Positions 10,059-19,696 are shown, counted from the stretch's first letter. The stretch: DNA of 64,000 nt from Candidatus Latescibacterota bacterium (GCA_965248265.1 CBDFJF010000002.1:96001-160000), one strand, 5' to 3'. A program made the numbers and translations. The notes: generated by a model from the letters alone, not told the origin.

Positions 10059-10093
10059 GCGGTGGGCGACGGGACTTTTGAAAGTCCCGCTAC

Positions 10094-10612
10094 TTACTTC
10101 AGATGGCGATTCACCAATTTCGTCATCTCGAACATACTTACCTGCCTTTTCCCGCCGAATACGAGCTTGAGCTTGGCGTCAGCGTTGATCATTCGCTTGT
10201 TCCGCGAATCCTGCAGGCCATTACGCTTGATATAGGCCCAGATCTTCTTGACGACCTGCGTTCTCGGCAGGGCGGCATTACCGACGACAGCTCCGAGGCT
10301 TGCATCCGGCTGCAGGGGCCTCATGAAGGAGGGGTTAGGTTTGCGCTTTACCTTCTTCTTAGCGGCTTTTTTTTTTACCGCCTTTTTCTTGGTGGCCTTT
10401 TTCTTGGCAGCCTTCTTCTTCGTCTTCTTCTTGGCTACCTTTTTCTTGGCTTTCTTTTTAGTGGCCTTTCTCTTAGTGGCCTTCCTTTTGGCAGCCTTTT
10501 TCTTGGTGGCCTTCTTCTTAGTGGCCTTCTTCTTCGTCTTCTTCTTGGCTACCTTTTTCTTCGCCGCTTTTCTCTTGGTAGCCTTCTTCTTTGCTGCCTT
10601 CTTCTTTGCCAT
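10094..10612 (-). CDS. Histone-H1-like Lys/Ala-rich repeat protein fused to a C-terminal SWIB/MDM2 domain
   Basis: ~18 (A/T)KKK(A/V/T)-type repeats, then NPSFMRPLQP...LPRTQVVKKIWAYIKRNGLQD...INADAKL...VSMFEMTKLVNRHL (SWIB signature); AAAGGAG RBS. Confidence 0.92.
   Translation of the reverse strand: MAKKKAAKKKATKRKAAKKKVAKKKTKKKATKKKATKKKAAKRKATKRKATKKKAKKKVAKKKTKKKAAKKKATKKKAVKKKAAKKKVKRKPNPSFMRPLQPDASLGAVVGNAALPRTQVVKKIWAYIKRNGLQDSRNKRMINADAKLKLVFGGKRQVSMFEMTKLVNRHLK
10410..10561. repeat. Exact 38-bp direct repeat (10410-10447 and 10524-10561) inside the Lys-rich region
   Basis: gccttcttcttcgtcttcttcttggctacctttttctt occurs twice, 114 bp apart. Confidence 0.85.
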
Positions 10613-10765
10613 CTGCGTTCTCCTTTGTGAGCGCGTGCGGCATCAAGGTGATCCCTTTCGCGGTACTGAAAAAATCACCGGGTCAGCGTATCACCTCTTC
10701 CCCGATGTCATGCGCGTAAAGCTAAATCCCTCCCCTGTACTATGTACAGTTTCATTATTAGCTCG

Positions 10766-10795
10766 AAGATAGCAAGGTGCCGATAGGTTCGTCAA
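10766..10795 (-). promoter_or_regulatory. Putative sigma70 promoter for the SWIB gene
   Basis: TTGACG-18 nt-TATCTT with an extended -10 TG. Confidence 0.5.
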
Positions 10796-11053
10796 GCTGA
10801 TTTTGTGTCTGTACACGACTGTAGAGCGCATCATACACATCATGTTGCGCACCGCTATCGCGTGCGTGGTTTGCATCGAGTGCGCGCTTTACCGGTTTGC
10901 GACTGCGCTAGCAGCTACGAAGACCAATCGAAGTCAGGGTTGATTGATCGCGCTTTTGTTTGACAGGATACGAGCGCGAACACTAACTTGCGAAAGCACC
11001 ATCCTTCCTCGTGCAATCTTCATTTTTCAGTTCACCAAAGGCAATGCGACGGC

Positions 11054-11863
11054 GTGCTTGAAGAGCTAAAAATCGGCGTGATTGGTGTCGGCAATATGGG
11101 GTCGAGCTTGGTGCGCGGTTGGCTCGACGGCGGCAGAGTCAAGTCAGGTCTGGTGACCGCAGTTGATCCTCGCGAGGAAGTCCTCGCACCGCTGCGCAGT
11201 GTTGGTGTCACCGTCGGCAGTGATCCGTCGTTGGCGGTGAGTGGCAAGGACCTGGTGGTGCTGGGCATCAAACCACAGATCGCTGACGAGGTGATGAGGG
11301 ACATTGCCCCGGCGCTTCAACCGGGCCAGGTACTGGTGTCGATCATGGCGGGGGTGAGCACGGATGGCATTGAGCGTGCTGCAGCCAAGTCGCAACCGGT
11401 GGTGCGAGTCATGCCGCAGATTCTCGTGTCCCTGCGCGCCGCCGCATCGGCTCTTGCCGCTGGGCGGTATGCAAGCGACGACGATGTTCGACTCGTCCAG
11501 GAACTGTTCGACGAAGTGGGCACGACGGTGATCGTAGAGGAGAAGCAAATGGATGCGGTCACCGGCCTGTCAGGCAGTGGGCCGGCATACGTGTATACTA
11601 TTATAGAGGCCCTGGCTGATGGCGGTGTCCGCATGGGACTGCCCCCAGAGGCGGCATTGAAGCTGGCGGCACAGACAGTCTGTGGTGCAGGGCGGATGGT
11701 TCTGGAAAGCGGGGAGCATCCGGCCGAGTTGAAGGATCGCGTGACTTCTCCGGGTGGAACCACGATTGCCGGGCTGCACGAACTGGAAAAGGGCGGACTC
11801 CGCAAGGCGCTGATCGACGCGGTACAAGCGGCGACGAATCGGTCCATCGAATTGGGTAGATGA
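11054..11863 (+). CDS. proC: Pyrroline-5-carboxylate reductase
   Basis: IGVIGVGNMG, GIKPQ, DAVTGLSGSGPAY, VTSPGGTT; start moved to GTG 11054. Confidence 0.95.
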   Translation: MLEELKIGVIGVGNMGSSLVRGWLDGGRVKSGLVTAVDPREEVLAPLRSVGVTVGSDPSLAVSGKDLVVLGIKPQIADEVMRDIAPALQPGQVLVSIMAGVSTDGIERAAAKSQPVVRVMPQILVSLRAAASALAAGRYASDDDVRLVQELFDEVGTTVIVEEKQMDAVTGLSGSGPAYVYTIIEALADGGVRMGLPPEAALKLAAQTVCGAGRMVLESGEHPAELKDRVTSPGGTTIAGLHELEKGGLRKALIDAVQAATNRSIELGR

Positions 11864-12465
11864 TGATCGTCGTGGCTGATTACGGCATGGGCAATCTGCG
11901 CAGCGTCCAGAAGGCATTCGAGTTTCTCGGGCATCAAGCGGTCGTCACAGAGGATCCTGGCGCGGCCCAAGACGCGAGTCACCTGGTGCTGCCGGGCGAT
12001 GCCGCCTTCGGAGATGCCATGCAGAATATCCAGCGTCTTGGATGGGAGGAGGCTATCCACGCACACGTGCAAACAGGCAAGCCGTTTCTGGGAATCTGCG
12101 TGGGTCTGCAACTGATGTTCGAGCAGAGCGAAGAGCGCGGGCAGCACCGTGGTTTGGGACTTTTGCCCGGCCGGGTATTACGGTTTCCCCCCGCAGAGCG
12201 GGTGCCACAGATCGGCTGGAACCAGATCGCCATCCAACGGCCCGCCCGGATCGTGGAGGGTGTACCCGAGGGCAGCTTTTTCTACTTCGTGCACTCCTTT
12301 TATGTGGCTGAGGCGCGGGGTGAGGACTGTGTGGCGACCACGGAATACGGCCTGCACTACACGTCCATCGCCGAGCGCGACAATGTGATCGGTGTCCAGT
12401 TCCATCCGGAAAAGAGTCAACAGGTCGGGCTGCACATGCTGCAGAATTTCGCGAGCATGAATTAG
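11860..12465 (+). CDS. hisH: Imidazole glycerol phosphate synthase glutaminase subunit
   Basis: DYGMGNL, LGICVG, FYFVHSF, QFHPEKS. Confidence 0.96.
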   Translation: MMIVVADYGMGNLRSVQKAFEFLGHQAVVTEDPGAAQDASHLVLPGDAAFGDAMQNIQRLGWEEAIHAHVQTGKPFLGICVGLQLMFEQSEERGQHRGLGLLPGRVLRFPPAERVPQIGWNQIAIQRPARIVEGVPEGSFFYFVHSFYVAEARGEDCVATTEYGLHYTSIAERDNVIGVQFHPEKSQQVGLHMLQNFASMN

Positions 12466-12548
12466 GATCGCGCTGCCCCGACCATGTATCCCCTGTTCTT
12501 TCGTATCCTGAACAGCCACGTGACTAGTAGCACCCGAGATCGTCGCCG

Positions 12549-13361
12549 ATGTTAGCCAAGCGCATAATTCCCTGCCTGGATGTCAAAGAAGGGCGCAACG
12601 TCCGTGGGGTCAGGTTCTCCGCTGATCGCGACGCGGGCGATCCGGTCGAACTGGCCATGCGCTACGATCGTGAGGGTGCCGATGAGTTGGTGTTCTACGA
12701 TATCACAGCTTCATCCGACGGGCGCGCCATCGTCATGGACCTGGTGCGCGCCGTCTCCGAGCAGGTGTTCATTCCGCTGACGGTCGGCGGCGGCATGCGG
12801 ACATACGACGACATGCGGGAAATGCTCAAGGGTGGGGCAGATAAGGTCTCCATCAACTCCGGGGCAGTGGCTGATCCGGACATCATCCGGCAGGGAGCAG
12901 AGAGTTTCGGAAGTCAATGCATCGTCGGAGCCATCGACGCTCAACGACGTGAGGCAGAGCCGGGCACACCACCGTCGTGGGAGATCTACGTCAATGGTGG
13001 CCGCAAGAACACGGGCATCGACGCGTTGGAATGGGTTGAAGAACTCGTCGATCGCGGGGCTGGAGAGCTCGTCCTCAACAGCATTGATGCCGATGGCACA
13101 CGTGAGGGCTACGATCTGGCCCTCAACCAGGCGGTGGCTGAACGCGTCGGAGTGCCGATCGTGGCTTCGGGCGGGTGTGGCACGATTGAGCATATCTACG
13201 AAGTCTTGACCGAGGGCCAGGCAAGCGCGGCGCTGGCGGCCTCGATCTTTCACTTCGAAGACTATGCCATCCCCGAGGTGAAGACCTATCTACGCGAACG
13301 CGGCGTCGTCGTCAGGGACTACGTCACAAGCGCTGGCGTCAAGGTCGCCGAGGAAGATTGA
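12549..13361 (+). CDS. hisF: Imidazole glycerol phosphate synthase cyclase subunit
   Basis: [49 protein letters not shown]. Confidence 0.97.
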   Translation: MLAKRIIPCLDVKEGRNVRGVRFSADRDAGDPVELAMRYDREGADELVFYDITASSDGRAIVMDLVRAVSEQVFIPLTVGGGMRTYDDMREMLKGGADKVSINSGAVADPDIIRQGAESFGSQCIVGAIDAQRREAEPGTPPSWEIYVNGGRKNTGIDALEWVEELVDRGAGELVLNSIDADGTREGYDLALNQAVAERVGVPIVASGGCGTIEHIYEVLTEGQASAALAASIFHFEDYAIPEVKTYLRERGVVVRDYVTSAGVKVAEED

Positions 13362-14524
13362 TGGCGAAGCGGACCGTTACCGATCAGGTCGATCGAACCG
13401 ACCGTGCCAGCCGGATGAACAAGGTCAAGCGCCTGGTCGTCAAGGTCGGCAGCCGCGTGGTGGCGGGGGGGAGCAACCAACTCGATCGCCGAGTGCTGCA
13501 GCGACTGGCGGATGACGTGGTAGCGCTGAAGGAGCGCGGGTTGGAGGTTGCGGTGGTGTCCTCCGGAGCGGTGGCCGCCGGCATGGGTCGTCTCCATCTG
13601 GAGAGTCGTCCCACGGCCATCACTGAATTGCAAGCCGTGGCGGCGGTAGGTCAGAATTTGCTGATGAGTACTTACGAGGGTTTGTTCAAGCGCCATGATG
13701 TGGCGGTCGGGCAGGTCCTGTTGACGGCCGAAGATATTCTCGAAGACCGACAGCGGTATCTCAACCTGCGCAACACGTTTCGACAACTGTTCGCCTACGG
13801 CGCCGTCCCCGTGATCAATGAGAATGACAGCGTCGCCGTGGCCGAGCTCAAGCGCACTTTCGGAGAGAACGACGCACTGGCGGCCTACGTGGCCAATCTC
13901 ATACGGGCGGAGTTGCTCGTTATCTTCAGCGACGTGGACGGACTGTACCCCGCCTATGGCCCCGGCGGTCCAGAGGGCGAAATCATTGCCACCATCGATG
14001 GCGGCACGGATCTGGATACGCTGGTACTCGGACACGGGACCAGTCACGGTGGCAGCGGCGGCATGCAGACGAAGGTCAAGGCGGCGCGGTTGCTGATGGC
14101 ATGCGGTGAGATGACTGTCATCGCCAACGGCAACCGTCACCGGCTGCTCGACATACTGAATGGCAAGCCGCTGGGCACCCTGTTCGAGCCGGCTCGAAAG
14201 CGCCTCGGCAGTCGCAAGCGCTGGATCGGTTTCGCCTCGCCGTGCAAGGGCAGCTTGACGGTGGATACTGGTGCGGAACGGGCCATCACCAAGCAGGGGC
14301 GCAGTTTGCTGCCCGCCGGGGTGCTGGGTCATGACGGCTGCTTTGCACCCGGTGACGTCGTGCGGGTTGAGAATATCAGGAATGCGGAGGTCGCCCGCGG
14401 GTTAACGCGCTACGCGTCGGAAGAGATCGAACGTATTCGCGGGAAGAGTTCGCCGGATGTCGAGCGGGAGCTGGGGCGTCCGGCATTGGAGGTCATTCAC
14501 CGTGACGATCTGGTCTTGATATAG
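13361..14524 (+). CDS. proB: Glutamate 5-kinase with PUA domain
   Basis: VVKVGS, VSSGAVAAG, INENDSV, SDVDGLY, GSGGMQTK, SLLPAGV, IHRDDLV; TGATG coupling with hisF. Confidence 0.96.
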   Translation: MAKRTVTDQVDRTDRASRMNKVKRLVVKVGSRVVAGGSNQLDRRVLQRLADDVVALKERGLEVAVVSSGAVAAGMGRLHLESRPTAITELQAVAAVGQNLLMSTYEGLFKRHDVAVGQVLLTAEDILEDRQRYLNLRNTFRQLFAYGAVPVINENDSVAVAELKRTFGENDALAAYVANLIRAELLVIFSDVDGLYPAYGPGGPEGEIIATIDGGTDLDTLVLGHGTSHGGSGGMQTKVKAARLLMACGEMTVIANGNRHRLLDILNGKPLGTLFEPARKRLGSRKRWIGFASPCKGSLTVDTGAERAITKQGRSLLPAGVLGHDGCFAPGDVVRVENIRNAEVARGLTRYASEEIERIRGKSSPDVERELGRPALEVIHRDDLVLI

Positions 14525-14686
14525 TGTCCTGTCTCAGAAATATGTCGACATTCTTCCGCCGATCCATCCCTGCTCGCTGCGTTACCTTCGCTCGCCGTAC
14601 TCCACCAGTACGACTCGCTCAGGCGCCTTGCGAGCCGGGCGCCTCGGCGGCCGAATTTCGTCAACCTATTTCTGAGACAGGACACT
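14523..14686. mobile_element. MITE-like non-autonomous element with perfect 20-bp terminal inverted repeats
   Basis: agtgtcctgtctcagaaata (14523-14542) / tatttctgagacaggacact (14667-14686); imperfect sub-terminal pairing; no ORF. Confidence 0.75.
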
Positions 14687-14750
14687 CGTGCCACAGGTAG
14701 ATAGACGGCGGATGGCGACCAGCATGGGACGGGAGGCCAACGGGCTGCTC

Positions 14751-15059
14751 ATGACGCGCGCCTCTCGGCGCTGGAAAGCGATCCTGGCCGTCGGGATAGT
14801 CGCCGCCGGTCTTTTCCTGTTTCTGAGCGGCGAAGATGGCTACGTGCAGGTGCATGCGAAGAAGCAGGAGTTGGCACAACTGCGAGAACGAATCGAAGTA
14901 TTGGAAGTTCAGAATGACAGCTTGAGGCATCAGCTGTGGCAACTCGACAACGACATCGACTATATCGAGAAAGTGGCGCGAGAAGAATTTGGCATGGCGC
15001 GTCCCGGCGAGAGTGTGTACCGAATCGAACGTTCCGATGATGCTCTGAACGAGCCATAG
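14751..15059 (+). CDS. ftsB: Septum formation initiator (FtsB/DivIC family)
   Basis: One TM helix, GEDGY, coiled coil, YIEKVAREEFGMARPGE; start codon uncertain. Confidence 0.88.
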   Translation: MTRASRRWKAILAVGIVAAGLFLFLSGEDGYVQVHAKKQELAQLRERIEVLEVQNDSLRHQLWQLDNDIDYIEKVAREEFGMARPGESVYRIERSDDALNEP

Positions 15060-15065
15060 TCCTAC

Positions 15066-15884
15066 ATGCCGTGCACGCTGGCCAAGACTCAAGCGATCGT
15101 CCTGCGCGTCAGGCGCATGGGCGAGACCAGCAAGCTCGTCACGCTGTACACGGAGGATTTCGGCAAGGTCAAGGTGGTGGCCAAGGGGGCGCGCAAACCG
15201 AAAAGCAAGTTTGGCGCAGCCCTGGAACTGATGACGGAAATCCAGGTGGTCTTCTACCTGCGCGACGACCGCGAGCTGCAGACGCTCAGCGACTGCGACG
15301 TGACGTGTTCGCACCCGGGTCTACTCAGTGTCCTGCAACGGCTCTCCTACGGCAGCGCCGTCTGCGAGTTGATCGATCGACTGACGATAGAAGGCGAGGG
15401 GGGGAACCGGCGGCTTTATCGTTGCATTGCTGGAGTTCTCGTCGGTCTCGAGGAGGTCAGCGCACCGCAGACCGAAGCGCTGTTCTGGTATTTCCAGCTG
15501 CGCATGGCGGAGTCGTTGGGATACCGCCCCGAGCTCGGGCACTGTGTCGATTGTCTGTCCGCACTCGAGGGACGCTCGCTGTGGTTTAGTCCTGCGTTAG
15601 GGGGTGGGTTGTGCACGAGTTGCGGCAGATCAGCCGCAAGCGACGGTGATGGTAGTGGCTACGACGCCCAACCAACGCATGCCTTTCGTGTGGATGGAGA
15701 CAACATTCGGTTTCTGGCCGGGCTTCAGAGCCTGGCCAAGTACGACAAGCACGCCATTCCCGCAGCCTTGCCCAGGCCGCGGGGAAGAGAAATCCGCAGC
15801 ATGTTGCTGCGGTTCCTGGAATTTCACGCCGGCCAGAGCGGCCGTCTCAAGTCGCTGGAATTCCTGGAGTCGGTGAACGGGTGA
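15066..15884 (+). CDS. recO: DNA repair protein RecO
   Basis: AIVLR...GETSKLVTLYTEDFGK...AKGARK; CxxC...CxxC zinc finger after GYRPEL; LKSLEFL end. Confidence 0.93.
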   Translation: MPCTLAKTQAIVLRVRRMGETSKLVTLYTEDFGKVKVVAKGARKPKSKFGAALELMTEIQVVFYLRDDRELQTLSDCDVTCSHPGLLSVLQRLSYGSAVCELIDRLTIEGEGGNRRLYRCIAGVLVGLEEVSAPQTEALFWYFQLRMAESLGYRPELGHCVDCLSALEGRSLWFSPALGGGLCTSCGRSAASDGDGSGYDAQPTHAFRVDGDNIRFLAGLQSLAKYDKHAIPAALPRPRGREIRSMLLRFLEFHAGQSGRLKSLEFLESVNG

Positions 15885-15926
15885 ACGAGCGCCCGACGGG
15901 CACTGAATAGGTCAAGGAAGTAGACG

Positions 15927-17300
15927 ATGGCAGATGTGATGGACGACATAGTCTCCCTATGCAAGCGTCGGGGATTCGTATTTCAGAGTTCAGAGATATA
16001 CGGTGGGTTGAATGGCTGTTGGGATTATGGTCCACTCGGAGTACAGGTGTTGCGCAACGTCAAGGATGCCTGGTGGCGGGCGATGACGTTCCGGGAAGAT
16101 ATCGAGGGGCTGGATGCGAGTATTCTCATGCATCCCCGGGTGTGGGAGGCCTCGGGTCACGTCGAAGGTTTTTCGGATCCCTTGGTCGAAGACAAGGTCA
16201 CCCACGAACGATTCCGTCTGGATCACATTCTGGAGGACAACGGACTCGATCCCACCGGACTGGACATGAGTCAGATGACGGCGCTTTTGGCCGAGCACGG
16301 GATAAAGAGCACCAAGGGCAACGAACTGACCGAACCTCGGCAGTTCAACCTGATGTTCAAGACTCATGTCGGCCCCGTGGAGGACGCGGCCTCGGTGGCG
16401 TACCTGCGGCCGGAGACGGCTCAGGGCATCTTCGTCAATTTTCTGAATGTCCAGGCGGCGATGCGCAAGAAGCTACCGTTCGGCATCGCCCAGATCGGCA
16501 AGTCCTTTCGCAACGAGATAACGACGAAGAACTTCCTGTTTCGCACGCGTGAGTTCGAGCAGATGGAGATGCAGTACTTCGTGATGCCGGGTGAGGATGC
16601 CACCTGGTTCGACTACTGGCGCGAACAACGCTGGGCATGGTTTGGCAAGCTGGGAATTCCTGAGAGCCGCTTGCGTTGGCATGAGCACGTCGGTGCCGAA
16701 TTGGCGCACTACGCCAGCGCCGCCTTCGACATTGAGTTCGAGTTTCCGTTTGGCTGGGGCGAGATCGAGGGCGTTCACAACCGTGGAGACTTCGATCTAT
16801 CCCGTCACCAGGAGTATTCAGGCAAGTCGTTGCAATACTTTGACGAAGCGACGCGGGAGAAGGTCGTGCCCCGGGTTGTCGAGACGGCTATCGGGGCCTC
16901 ACGGGCGGCGATGATGTGTCTGGTGGGTGCCTACCACGAGGAGGAAGTCAAGGGAGACCGCCGGGTGGTCATGAGGTTTCATCCTGAGATTGCCCCGATC
17001 AAGGCGGCGGTATTGCCACTGGTCAAACGCGACGGAATGCCCGATATCGCCCGCAAAATCACCGAGGATCTGCGGCCCCACATGCCGGTATTCTATGATG
17101 AAGGCGGTGCCATCGGCAGGCGCTACCGGCGCATGGATGAGGTCGGAACGCCGTTCTGTCTGACGGTAGATTCACAGACCCTGGAAGATGGCACAGTGAC
17201 GCTCAGAGACCGGGATTCGATGGAACAGGAGCGTGTGGCGATGGATACCTTGAGACAGGAAATCGAGAGTCGTCTAGGGGCGTGGCAGGTGCCCGCTTAG
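15927..17300 (+). CDS. glyQS: Glycine--tRNA ligase (homodimeric type)
   Basis: LCKRRGF, WDYGPLG, YLRPETAQGIF, FRTREFEQME, IGRRYRRMDEVGTP. Confidence 0.97.
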   Translation: MADVMDDIVSLCKRRGFVFQSSEIYGGLNGCWDYGPLGVQVLRNVKDAWWRAMTFREDIEGLDASILMHPRVWEASGHVEGFSDPLVEDKVTHERFRLDHILEDNGLDPTGLDMSQMTALLAEHGIKSTKGNELTEPRQFNLMFKTHVGPVEDAASVAYLRPETAQGIFVNFLNVQAAMRKKLPFGIAQIGKSFRNEITTKNFLFRTREFEQMEMQYFVMPGEDATWFDYWREQRWAWFGKLGIPESRLRWHEHVGAELAHYASAAFDIEFEFPFGWGEIEGVHNRGDFDLSRHQEYSGKSLQYFDEATREKVVPRVVETAIGASRAAMMCLVGAYHEEEVKGDRRVVMRFHPEIAPIKAAVLPLVKRDGMPDIARKITEDLRPHMPVFYDEGGAIGRRYRRMDEVGTPFCLTVDSQTLEDGTVTLRDRDSMEQERVAMDTLRQEIESRLGAWQVPA

Positions 17301-17315
17301 GGAGGCTGCCTCGTC

Positions 17316-17344
17316 TTGACCCTCTCTGGGGGAAGGGGTATATT
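17316..17344 (+). promoter_or_regulatory. sigma70 promoter for the leader RNA/tRNA-Leu/tig-clpPX unit
   Basis: TTGACC-17 nt-TATATT. Confidence 0.7.
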
Positions 17345-17351
17345 GATCGTT

Positions 17352-17545
17352 GCTCGTGGCGAAAGGTGGCATCCATTTTCACCACCGGTGATCGGGCGAT
17401 AGGCGATCGGTGATCGCTGCGGCGAAAGGCGATCGTTCCGATCGCTGGAACTTTACCAATGCCAACGAATGCCAGCGCAGGGCGCTGCCATTAAGGCATT
17501 GGTAATTTCGTTTCCGCCGTGCCCGCGCTAGTGACCGTGACGAGC
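17352..17545 (+). ncRNA. Candidate multi-stem structured RNA of unknown family
   Basis: Closing stem GCTCGT/ACGAGC; internal stems GCGATCGG/CCGATCGC, TTACCAATGCC/GGCATTGGTAA, CAGCGC/GCGCTG, CGGGCG/TGCCCG; begins at the predicted TSS. Confidence 0.5.
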
Positions 17546-17557
17546 CCGTTACCGCAG

Positions 17558-17644
17558 GCGAAAGTGGCGGAACTGGCAGACGCGCCAGATTTAGGATCTG
17601 GTGCCCGAAAGGGCTTGGGGGTTCGAGTCCCCCCTTTCGCACCA
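17558..17644 (+). tRNA. tRNA-Leu (anticodon TAG)
   Basis: Acceptor GCGAAAG/CTTTCGC, anticodon arm CCAGA-TTTAGGA-TCTGG, long variable arm, GTTCGAG T-loop, encoded CCA. Confidence 0.97.
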
Positions 17645-17729
17645 TGACTCAACTCCCTCCATCGATGGACGGTCGATCATCGCATCCCAACACAAGAAAA
17701 GGGACGGCCACGCATCCGGAGTCTGGAAA

Positions 17730-19016
17730 TTGAAGACACAAGTAGTCGAGAAGGGTGAGTGGGAAAGAGACCTGGAGGTCGAGGTGCCGGCTGAGCGCAT
17801 CGATGCCGAGGTCGACAGCGCCCTCAAGAACTACCGGAAGCGCCTGGAGATTCCCGGCTTCCGCAAGGGCAAGGTGCCTTTGAAAGTCATCGAGCAACGG
17901 TTTGGCGAGAGTATCCGCAGCAACGTCATTTCCGATTTGCTGCCGACGTTGATGCGGGAAGCGGCGAACGAGGCCGGCTTGGTGCCGGCGGCCACTCCGA
18001 AGATCACCAAGCTCGAGCACGAACCGGGGCAAGCCCTCAACTTCACAGCCAACCTGGATATCTGGCCTCAGGTGGAGGTCACGAACGAGGACGAACTCAA
18101 GGTCACACGAGTGACACACGAGGTCGGTGAGGACGAGATCTCCTCCCAATTGGAGGAGCTGCGCAACCGTCATGCCACCGAACGCTCCGTTGAGCGCCCG
18201 CTGGAAAAGGGGGATATCCTCATCGCCGATCTTCAACGACTGGATGAGGGTGGGTTGGCAATCGTCGGTGAGCGATTTGAAGAGCGTCACTTCATCATCG
18301 GAGCCGAAGATTCACCCAGCCCCGATTTCGAGGAGGCTCTGGTGGGAATCGAGGCGGGTGAGCAGAGAAAGGTCACCTTCTCCTACCGTGATGATCTGTC
18401 CAATCCGGAGCTGGCCGGCAAGACCGAGCACTTCGAGGTCACCGCACGCGAGGTCCACGAGCGCACCTTGCCTGAGATCGACGACGAGTTCGCCAAAGAT
18501 CTGGGCGATCAGTTTGAGAGTCTTGAAGACCTTCGGACCCGAATCACCGAGCAGCTGGCTCAGCGCTGGGACTACATGTCGCGGCAGCGGGTACGCTCGG
18601 AACTGGTAGATGCCCTGATCAAGGCCAATGAATTCGATCTACCCAAGAGCCTGGTCGAGGAGTACCTGGAAGGCATGCGGAAAGAGCAACAGGAGCACGC
18701 CCACGAGCACCACGATCACGACCATGATCACGACCATGATCATGCGGAGGATGAACCGACAGAGGAGCAGCGCACCGCCGCCGTGCGCAGCCTCAAGACC
18801 TACCTGTTGTTGGAGACCGTGCGCAAGAAGGCAGAGATCGAAGTGAGCAGTGATGAGCTCGAGGCGCATCTCCAACAGCGTTCAGAGCAGCTGGGCATCA
18901 AATTGGAAGAATTGAAGCGTTCACCGAGGGCAGATGAGTTCCGCAAGGAGCTGGAAGAGGACAAAGTCTTCGAGTACCTTGCGGAAAAGGCCGATATTCA
19001 AGAAGAGTCTGTGTAG
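17730..19016 (+). CDS. tig: Trigger factor (with His/Asp-rich insert)
   Basis: [10 protein letters not shown] signature, FKBP-like domain, DDEFAKDLG; TTG start with GGAG RBS (the track ORF start overlaps the tRNA). Confidence 0.95.
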   Translation: MKTQVVEKGEWERDLEVEVPAERIDAEVDSALKNYRKRLEIPGFRKGKVPLKVIEQRFGESIRSNVISDLLPTLMREAANEAGLVPAATPKITKLEHEPGQALNFTANLDIWPQVEVTNEDELKVTRVTHEVGEDEISSQLEELRNRHATERSVERPLEKGDILIADLQRLDEGGLAIVGERFEERHFIIGAEDSPSPDFEEALVGIEAGEQRKVTFSYRDDLSNPELAGKTEHFEVTAREVHERTLPEIDDEFAKDLGDQFESLEDLRTRITEQLAQRWDYMSRQRVRSELVDALIKANEFDLPKSLVEEYLEGMRKEQQEHAHEHHDHDHDHDHDHAEDEPTEEQRTAAVRSLKTYLLLETVRKKAEIEVSSDELEAHLQQRSEQLGIKLEELKRSPRADEFRKELEEDKVFEYLAEKADIQEESV

Positions 19017-19029
19017 GGAGGGAAAATTC

Positions 19030-19647
19030 ATGTCGTTGATACCGATGGTTATTGAGCAGACCGGCCGTGGTGAGCGTTCGTATGACATCTACTCACGGCT
19101 GCTCAAGGAGCGCATCGTTTTTATCGGAACCCCCATCAGTGACGGCATCGCCAACCTGGTCATCGCCCAGATGCTTTTTCTGGCCTCGGAGGATCCCAAG
19201 AGGGACATATCCCTCTACGTCAACACTCCGGGCGGCTCCGCCACCGCCGGAATGGCCATATACGACACCATGCAATACATCCAGGCTGATGTTGCCACCA
19301 TCTGCATAGGGCAGGCTTCCAGCATGGGCGCGGTCCTGCTGGCTGGTGGCGCCAAGGGCAAGAGGCAGAGTTTGCCGAACGCCCGGGTACTCATACACCA
19401 GCCGATGGGAGGGATGGGTGGACAGGTCTCGGATATGGAGATCCATGCCCGGGAGATCATCAAGATCAGACAGCAGATCAACGACGTTCTGGTCGAGTGC
19501 ACGGGCCAACCGCTGGAGCGAATCGAGCGGGACACCGAGCGCGACTTCTTCATGAGTCCGGAGGACGCCCAGGCATACGGCCTCATCGACGCGATCATCG
19601 AGCCCAACGAGGTCGACATGGCACAGACGGCAGAAGCTGCCGGCTGA
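19030..19647 (+). CDS. clpP: ATP-dependent Clp protease proteolytic subunit
   Basis: [41 protein letters not shown]. Confidence 0.98.
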   Translation: MSLIPMVIEQTGRGERSYDIYSRLLKERIVFIGTPISDGIANLVIAQMLFLASEDPKRDISLYVNTPGGSATAGMAIYDTMQYIQADVATICIGQASSMGAVLLAGGAKGKRQSLPNARVLIHQPMGGMGGQVSDMEIHAREIIKIRQQINDVLVECTGQPLERIERDTERDFFMSPEDAQAYGLIDAIIEPNEVDMAQTAEAAG

Positions 19648-19696
19648 GCTGCTCCGGCGGTGCGACAGCGACCGCGCAAACCCGGCGTACACCATT

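Noticed and set aside
9945-10090. PyrR-binding attenuator upstream of carA
   Set aside because: The PyrR consensus loop sequence is not present; kept only as a generic hairpin observation
10248-10772. Very hydrophobic Phe/Ala-rich ORF (and 10103-10630) resembling a membrane protein
   Set aside because: Reverse complement of the Lys codons of the histone-like gene
17352-17545. T-box, SRP RNA or tmRNA identity for the structured RNA
   Set aside because: It lies downstream of glyQS and lacks the T-box, SRP domain IV and tmRNA hallmarks
17601-17729. N-terminal extension of trigger factor in the ORF track
   Set aside because: Overlaps the tRNA; the TTG at 17730 has an RBS and matches the family start
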